Under the pieces are notes generated by a model. That model was not told the DNA's origin. It did no database searches and was given only the letters and a program-made list of their open reading frames with translations. Position numbers and translations under genes: made by a program. 47,473 bases of DNA from a virus (lineage: Duplodnaviria; Caudoviricetes), in the IMG/VR virus record IMGVR_UViG_3300011405_000006, positions 1-47,473 of that record; one strand, 5' to 3'. This document shows positions 24,595-32,200 of the stretch, piece by piece (position 1 is the stretch's first letter; each line of letters opens with the position of its first letter).

Positions 24595-27118
24595 TCATAT
24601 TTATGTTCCCGGACAAGGACCAGTAGGAGCCAAGTTCATAATATTGGGAGAGGCTCCATCTAGAGAAGAAACTCTACAAGGTAAACCATTCGTCGGTCCC
24701 TCCGGTCGTGAACTGGACCGTCTACTGAAGGATGCTGGTATTCCACGGCATGAATGTTGGGTCACTAATGTGTGTAAGTACGAAGTCCCACCTAACGCCG
24801 AACGTAAGCGCCTCCCCTTTCACGTCAGGGCGAGAAATCACGGCATCGACATGGACCAGCAATTAGAGGAGTTACGGACGGAGATAAATGACATTAAACC
24901 TAACTGTATACTTGCTCTCGGTGGGACTAGCTTATGGGCGCTGTCCGGTAAGGATAAGATTAGCCAACACCGAGGCTCTATCATGCGGGGCATGGGCCAT
25001 AAGTTTGTTCCTACCTATCATCCCGCGCACCTTCTACATACTGCTGCGGGTGGAGAAATCAAAGGTTATTGGAACCGACAAGTAATGATATTCGACTTCA
25101 AGCGCGCATATGTCGAATCTGCATCCCCACTATTAGACCTACCACAACGAACCCTCCAAATATGCCGCAACTCAGGCGAACTACATGAGTTTCTACAGCG
25201 GTACAAGAACCACTCGAAACTGAGTGTAGACATTGAAGCTGGAGGCCACTGTCTGCCGATCTGTATGGGACTGTCATTCGATAAGCGGCATGGTATGACA
25301 GTACCATTGTGGAACCGCGATAAGATTTCATCTATACCAGATTCGGATTTAGCAACCATCTGGATAATGCTGGCGAAAGTATTGTGGGAGAAGAACATTG
25401 TCGGACAAAACTTCAACTATGACCGTGACAAACTGCGGAGACTTGGATTTTCCATCAAGCGGATACACTCTGATACTCTCCTCAAGGCATTTGCCATTAA
25501 TCCTGAACTCCCAAAAGGGTTGGCATTCCTTACATCTATCTACACCAGAGAACCCTACTACAAAGATGAGGGTATGTATGAAGGGGAGCTTAGAGATTTA
25601 TTCCTCGGATGCGCGCGTGATAGTTGTGTCACACTCGAAATAGATGAGGCGATGGACGCGGACTTAGATGAGTTGGGTGTAAGGAAGTTCTATGAGAACT
25701 TTCTGATGCAATTACCTGACTTCTATCTAGAGATTGAGAACAACGGATTCTGCGTCAATTCCTCCAAACGTGACGCACTAATCGAGAAATACATTGAGTG
25801 GGATGAGCGTCTGTCCTACGAGATGTTCGAGATAGCCGGCATCGAAGTCAATTCCAATTCCCACCTACAGGTTCATGCACTTCTATTCGATGAGTGGAAG
25901 TTACCTCGTCGGATGGGTGTAGGTGAGGAAGAGTTGACCGCACTCCTGAACCTTAAGAATGGCGTCAAGTATCCGCCACATCGCGCATGGATTGAGAAAT
26001 GCCTAGAGCAGCGAAGGGTAAGGAAAACTATCAGCACCTACCTGATGGCTATTCCAGACTACGACGGGAAGATGCGGACTACATGTTTCATGTGTCTCGA
26101 AACAGGTAGGACGAGTACGAGTCAGCAGAATCCTCCCATACGTCCATTGGTGGATACTGTAGGAGCAGGCAAAAAGACAGACATGAAGGTGATGGGCACG
26201 GCATTCCAAGTGTTCACTAAGCATGGTGATATTGGTGGTGATGTGCGTTCCATGTATGAGCCTGAACCTGGCTACGTGTTCGTGCAGTTGGACTCGTCAC
26301 AGGCTGAAGCAAGAGTAGTCTTTAATCTAGCCACAGATGAACAAGCATTAAAGGACATAGATGAACATGACTACCATGCTCTTACTGCTTCTTGGTTTTT
26401 CGGTGGTGTCGAATCTGATTATTCTAAGAAAGTACTGGGGTATGAGAGTCCGATTCGATTTGCTGGTAAGACTCTCCGACATGCAGGACACCTTGGAGCG
26501 GGAGCAAGACGCGCCAGTACGGAACTTAACACTCAGGCAAGAAAGTATAAAATCCCTATCACCATCCATGAGGGAATCGCAGAACGGGCGCTAAAGATAT
26601 TCCATGCTAAGCAGCCCCGTATCCAACAGGTGTTCCATAAGGATGTGATAGAATGTCTAAAACAGAATCGTCAACTGGTAGCACCGCTACCTTGGGGGAT
26701 TGATGCAGAACGTGGAGGTGTTCGCATATTCTATGAGCGGTGGGGTGATGACCTTTTCCGAGAAGCTCTGGCCTATCTCCCCCAACGAGCTGTTACTGAT
26801 AATACCAAAGCAGCTGGCATCCGAATTAAAAGAAAATGTCCAGATGCGCGAATTATTCTTGAGGCACATGATGCACTTCTGTTCGCTGTTAGAATTGAAC
26901 ATCTCGACGAATTCATCCCTCTAGCTAAGAAGGAGATGGAGCGCGCCATCAATTTCACTAACTGTTCACTTCCTCGTCGCTACTTGAAGATTCCATGTGA
27001 TGTAGAGATTGGGGAGAACTACAAGGACTTACACAAGTTCAATATACGGGTAATCGAAACACCTGAATACATGCGCACTCCAAAATCTATCACGGAACAA
27101 TTCATGGTGCAGGAGTAG
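24584..27118 (+). CDS. polA: Family A DNA polymerase with N-terminal family-4-type uracil-DNA glycosylase domain and 3'-5' exonuclease (SPO1-like architecture)
   Basis: UDG: GEAP, PFVGPSG, TNVCK, TYHPAH. Exo: VDIE, QNFNYD. Pol: TGRTS, DSSQAEAR (motif A), RFAGKTLRHAGHLG (motif B), EAHDAL (motif C). Confidence 0.92.
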   Translation: MDSNHIYVPGQGPVGAKFIILGEAPSREETLQGKPFVGPSGRELDRLLKDAGIPRHECWVTNVCKYEVPPNAERKRLPFHVRARNHGIDMDQQLEELRTEINDIKPNCILALGGTSLWALSGKDKISQHRGSIMRGMGHKFVPTYHPAHLLHTAAGGEIKGYWNRQVMIFDFKRAYVESASPLLDLPQRTLQICRNSGELHEFLQRYKNHSKLSVDIEAGGHCLPICMGLSFDKRHGMTVPLWNRDKISSIPDSDLATIWIMLAKVLWEKNIVGQNFNYDRDKLRRLGFSIKRIHSDTLLKAFAINPELPKGLAFLTSIYTREPYYKDEGMYEGELRDLFLGCARDSCVTLEIDEAMDADLDELGVRKFYENFLMQLPDFYLEIENNGFCVNSSKRDALIEKYIEWDERLSYEMFEIAGIEVNSNSHLQVHALLFDEWKLPRRMGVGEEELTALLNLKNGVKYPPHRAWIEKCLEQRRVRKTISTYLMAIPDYDGKMRTTCFMCLETGRTSTSQQNPPIRPLVDTVGAGKKTDMKVMGTAFQVFTKHGDIGGDVRSMYEPEPGYVFVQLDSSQAEARVVFNLATDEQALKDIDEHDYHALTASWFFGGVESDYSKKVLGYESPIRFAGKTLRHAGHLGAGARRASTELNTQARKYKIPITIHEGIAERALKIFHAKQPRIQQVFHKDVIECLKQNRQLVAPLPWGIDAERGGVRIFYERWGDDLFREALAYLPQRAVTDNTKAAGIRIKRKCPDARIILEAHDALLFAVRIEHLDEFIPLAKKEMERAINFTNCSLPRRYLKIPCDVEIGENYKDLHKFNIRVIETPEYMRTPKSITEQFMVQE

Positions 27119-27120
27119 TT

Positions 27121-27555
27121 ATGGACTTTACAGAAGTAGTAGGGAGAATTAAGAATAAGACTATAGAGAAAGATGGACATTGGCTATTTCAGGGAACTCG
27201 TCCGAAGGGATACGGACAGATTCGGTTTCAAGGTAAGATGGTAAATATACACAGATTATCGGCAGCATGCTATCTCGGATTAGACATGGATGATAGAACA
27301 AAGCAGGCTAATCACAAGATAGAATGTAGACACAAGAATTGCTGGAATCCTGAACATCTCTACATTGGAACAGAATCTGAAAATAAAGCAGATAGATTCC
27401 ATAAAGATGAAGAACACCTAGGCAATCAATACACTCGTGCAACTCATTGTATTCACGGACATGAGTTCACTGAAGAAAATACTTATGACTACGGTCATGG
27501 TAGGAAATGCAGACAATGTGAGAAAGACAGATACAACGCATCTCGTGGAAGGTAG
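27121..27555 (+). CDS. HNH endonuclease (free-standing homing type) with a C-terminal zinc finger
   Basis: GYGQI, HRLSA, H..EC...CWNPEHL..GT..EN..D, THCIHGHEF...NTY...CRQC. Confidence 0.9.
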   Translation: MDFTEVVGRIKNKTIEKDGHWLFQGTRPKGYGQIRFQGKMVNIHRLSAACYLGLDMDDRTKQANHKIECRHKNCWNPEHLYIGTESENKADRFHKDEEHLGNQYTRATHCIHGHEFTEENTYDYGHGRKCRQCEKDRYNASRGR

Positions 27556-27561
27556 CGGTAA

Positions 27562-28839
27562 ATGAATTGGTTAGACAATTTACTAGCACAACACTCCGAA
27601 CTAGAAAGTCCAACAAATTTTTGGCTCTGGGGCGGACTAGCCTCAATCAGTGCTGTGGTGAAGGATAATGTTTGGATAAACCGACAGATTTACAATCTGT
27701 ATCCTAACATCTACGTCATGTTCCATGCTGAGAGTGGTCTGAAGAAGGGTCCACCCATCAGTATGGCAAAACAGTTGGTGCGCGGTGTGAACAACACACG
27801 TATCATCAGTGGGCGTAGCTCCATTCAGGGGATACTAAAGGAATTAGGAACCGCGCAAACCCAACCGGGTGGTAGAGTGAATGCTAAGTCTACAGCCTTC
27901 ATCTGTAGTAGTGAGCTGACTAGTTCACTCGTGGAAGATAAAGTTGCGACAGACATTCTAACTGACCTATATGACAGACAATACAATATCGGTGAGTGGC
28001 GTAGTCTGTTGAAGATGGAATCGTTCAACCTGAAAGACCCTACAATCACAATGTTGACTGCAACGAATGACGCGCACTCAACGGACTTCTTCGGAAAGAA
28101 GGACATACATGGAGGTTACTTCGCAAGGACGTTCATTATCTCGGAGACTAAACGCCACAGAGCTAATAGCCTATCTGTTCCCCTCACAAACCCGCCAAAG
28201 TATGACGAGTCAATTAAGTATCTTAAAGAAGTTGAGAAATTACAAGGTCCATTCGCACCCCTCGCAAGTAGAGAGGAGTCAGACGAGTTTAAGTATCCGC
28301 ACAAGGATTCAACGACAGGTGAGATAGCCTACTTCACGTCAGCAGGTCTGGTGTATGAACAGTGGTACGATAACTTCATAGAGCAGATGGCAACTCAGGA
28401 ATTAAAGGATGAGACAGGCACACTAAATAGATTCGGTGACAGTGTGCTGAAGGTTGCCATGTTGCTGAGCCTCAGTCGCTCCCCCGAACTCTACATTGAC
28501 GAGGATTCAATGACTCTTGCAATACAGTATTCGGAGAAGCTGATAGGCAACGTGAGGGAAATGACTCACGGGAAGAAGGGTCTATCAGAAGCTAAGAACT
28601 TTAAGAAGGTGATTATCGAGGAACTGCTTGCAAGAGAGACACATCAAATCTCTCGTGCGATGCTACTGAAGAAGATGTGGGCGCACTACAAGGATGCGAC
28701 TGAACTAGACGACATCATGATGTCATTTGACCAAGCCGGCATGATTAAGACCGAATCAATCGGCAGTCAAATCATCTACATCATGCCAGACAATCAGGTC
28801 CAAGAGCTGAAACGACTGTATGCAGGTAAGAACAAATGA
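27562..28839 (+). CDS. DUF3987/YfjI-like P-loop ATPase (replicative helicase or loader candidate) with a C-terminal winged helix
   Basis: ESP..F..W, YPNIYV, degenerate Walker A AESGLKKG, Walker B ICSSE, LTDLYD, GGYFAR. Confidence 0.7.
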   Translation: MNWLDNLLAQHSELESPTNFWLWGGLASISAVVKDNVWINRQIYNLYPNIYVMFHAESGLKKGPPISMAKQLVRGVNNTRIISGRSSIQGILKELGTAQTQPGGRVNAKSTAFICSSELTSSLVEDKVATDILTDLYDRQYNIGEWRSLLKMESFNLKDPTITMLTATNDAHSTDFFGKKDIHGGYFARTFIISETKRHRANSLSVPLTNPPKYDESIKYLKEVEKLQGPFAPLASREESDEFKYPHKDSTTGEIAYFTSAGLVYEQWYDNFIEQMATQELKDETGTLNRFGDSVLKVAMLLSLSRSPELYIDEDSMTLAIQYSEKLIGNVREMTHGKKGLSEAKNFKKVIIEELLARETHQISRAMLLKKMWAHYKDATELDDIMMSFDQAGMIKTESIGSQIIYIMPDNQVQELKRLYAGKNK

Positions 28840-29069
28840 TTATCCCCAGACCTACATACACTGAACAGGCGAAGGAATTGAATGATGGACCTGACTACGA
28901 TTATGTGCGCTGGTACATCTCTTGTAAAAACTGGACTTGTGTGAAGTGTGGCGCAGTCATGTTTGGGAGGGTTAAATACTGTGTCTACTGCAAGATTCGC
29001 TTGGGGACACATACAGCACGGCCAACTGATTACGTGGAGGACGAATATGACGCTAAGTCCAGTGTTTGA
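28836..29069 (+). CDS. Zinc-ribbon protein
   Basis: WTCVKC...YCVYC; ATGA coupling. Confidence 0.65.
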   Translation: MIIPRPTYTEQAKELNDGPDYDYVRWYISCKNWTCVKCGAVMFGRVKYCVYCKIRLGTHTARPTDYVEDEYDAKSSV

Positions 29070-29238
29070 AGTGAAGATGAAGCCGAAGTCTGAATCGCCA
29101 ATTATCTATCTCGTGGTGCGCGTGATAACTGACGATTCAGATAAGCTGATGGACTTCATTGATGTGACATTCCCCGATTATCAGATTGAACACATCATCG
29201 GGGGATACGCACGGTTGAATGATGAGGAAAAGGAGTGA
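29047..29238 (+). CDS. Hypothetical protein, last gene of the + arm
   Basis: GGAGGA RBS before ATG 29047; its stop abuts the converging gene's stop. Confidence 0.65.
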   Translation: MTLSPVFEVKMKPKSESPIIYLVVRVITDDSDKLMDFIDVTFPDYQIEHIIGGYARLNDEEKE

Positions 29239-32200
29239 TTACTTCCCTCCGAAAATCTGCCAATTCGCGGGGTATGCAATATCACTCAATCCACCACCCT
29301 GCACAACCCAATCGTACTTCTTCGGTACAATCTTGGCTACCTGTTCACCTCTGCCGTAAATCTGCGTACCTCCACCCAACATAACAGCAGGCATGAGGAG
29401 TGGAATTAGTTTCGGATCTTCCTTAAACATCTCGTACATGTCCTGAGCCACTAGTGGTACGAACATCTGCGCGGTTCTATCCCCCACATGGAATGGCACA
29501 TACTGCGCCGCTCTCAATAGGTCATACCCAAATTTCGCAGACGGATTGAACTTGTTCGAGAAGAACCTCTGCAACTGAGTTTCCTGTGTTTCCGGCCTGA
29601 ATCCTTGACCATAAGCGTGTCGCTGGTTCGTGGACGATGAGCGATAGAATCCAGACCACAGACGCCACATCGCCACGTATTGGGGCAAGAATCCCCCGCC
29701 CAAGTCAAGCCGTGTCTTGCCGATACGCACCTTACCGAAGTCCGCGGATTCCTCGTCCATACTTATTGTAGCATCATATCCTAACGCTTGAGTTCCTACT
29801 TTAGCTAGCATACTCATGGTTGCCCATGCTGCACCAGTAGCCAGCAGAGACTTGAGATACTGCTTCCGTACAAACGCTGGTGCTACAGTGTAGGTGCCAG
29901 GATACAGTAGTCGCGCCCTACTAAACATATTCCTCGGCGAGAAGAATACGTGTCCCATCGCCTTAGCGGCGAACTCCAAGTTTAGTTGTGGTGTACCCTC
30001 CATACCGAATACATCCAATTTCAATGGCGCGCGTCCAGTAGCCGTATTGATGTAGTCCGACAGTATCTTCGCCAATTCATTGTTGTAGTATGGATTCAGA
30101 CTCGCAGCCTGTTCTGGTGTCACCTTCTGCTTGAAGATGTTGGGCCGCACTTCTCCAGTCTCAGCTCCCGTCTCAGCCATCAACTGAGCCTGATCAGACA
30201 GCCGCTCCAACATGCCAGTCCGAAGATGGTTCAAGAATGTGGCGGCTGCTCTATTGCTCATCTTGGCAACTTGGCCCCACGTCTTTTCGTAGAACTTAGA
30301 TACGCCACCTAAGTTACCACCAGTTTCAATCCATGCTCCCGCAACATCATGTTCACTTGAGTTAATCTCAGAAGGTTTCACCAGTTTCATGTTAGCACGT
30401 TGAGCATATGATGGGTCCCACTTACCAGTAGTGGGATTAAACTCCTGTTGATGTACCTTATTATTCCGAATCTGCTGATCGAACTCTCTAGTTCTCTCAG
30501 CACTCCAGAATGATTGCCACATTGGCTTCAATCCACTACGCCATTCAGGTGTCATAATTGCCGCCAACCCTTGTCTAAGCGGCATGGATATGTCACCAAT
30601 CGTAGTCGCAGCAGTAGATAGTCCAGTCAATTGCTCGAATGTGGATGGTGATCCTTTAGGATGTTCAGGTGTCTCTGGACCGCGTGCAAAGAAGTTACGG
30701 ATAGTATCTCTTACAGCATCCCTCATTCCTCCGATATTGATTGCACCTTCTTCTCCACCCTCAGTACCGAGTCTTTCAACAGCTCGGGTAACTTTCGATT
30801 CAAAGAATGCGATACCTGCTCTTACCCTATCACGCCACGTCTCTCCTGCCTTCAATGGTGGCGTATTAGGTGATGAGATGATCTCCCGATATAGTACATC
30901 AGGAGCCTTCATCTCATCCAACTGCTTCATCAGACCAGTCCATCTCTTAGCAGTCGTATCTACTGGAGCCTCTAAATCCTTCATTTTCCGTTGATGTTCT
31001 AACCATTCTCTAGAACTTGGTTCTATTTCTGATCCAGGTCCTACTCTTTTAATTCTATTCTCTAGAATATTACCCAGATCCGGTAATGCTTCTTTCACAT
31101 TAGCAGGAGTCAAATCATTATCAAGTATGCTCCCATACAATTCAATGAATTCATTTAGTTTCTCCGGAGTCATTTCAAAGTCTTGAGCTAATTCTCGTAC
31201 CCTAGCCAATTGTCTATCAAGGTAATGATTACCAGTATTATGAACCTTGTCTAATGCTTGTCTAAGTGCTCTCTCGGGATTATTCATTACTACAGTTTTA
31301 GACAAGTCTACTGCATCCCACGGTCTTACAGGACGTTCAAATGGTGCTACTCTACCAGTAGTCTCGCCCGGTGACGGACCCTTACCCTTACCGAATGGAC
31401 CTACAGCCGATTGAAGTGGAAGTGGCATCTGTTCTTCGCGCACTTCCTCACCTAATCTCATCTGTTCGGGTACATCTGCTCGTTCAGCAGCAGTCGATTC
31501 TCTCCGTGCCGCGCGTGGCTCGAAAGGTAGTTCAGGTTGCGCAGCCTCATCAGTTGTCATGTCAGCGATGAACTGCGCTACATCTTCTGGTGTCCTAATT
31601 CTTCTCGGTAGTGTACCTTCAACTTCCTTGATATGCATCAGCTGTCTGATGAGACTAGCCAGTTCGGCAGAATTCTCATCAATTCCATTCGATACCCGTT
31701 TCATGATACTTTGGACTAGATTCTTAGTGAATGGACTAGTAGCACCACTAGTAAATGCTGCTCCCATTTCAACTAGCTTCATTCCAACTTGATGCACAGC
31801 CCGGCCTAGTAAGGTTCCATGAACAAATGTTCCTATTGTACCCGGTTTCGCATCAGGTGGTACCGGCAATCTAGTTTTATCAGCTCCGAGACTTGGAACC
31901 TCTCTAGTCCCATCAGGATTTGTTCTTACTTCAGCCGATACAATTGGCTCACCAGCCGGATTACGATATACGACTCTATCTCTCCCACCGTACATTTTCT
32001 CAACACTTAATCCAGGTGGTCCTGAACCCGCGGCTTGTGCTGTACGTATACCATAGTCCTGCCAACGATCTGAGGCCATTAACTGTTTCTTTTGATCCTT
32101 AGTTAATGGCGTACGTCCCTCTACAATTCGGGCTAATCTATCATAAGCCGGTGTACTCAGTTTAAGATTGCCCGTCATTGGTGCCTGAGGACCATATTGA

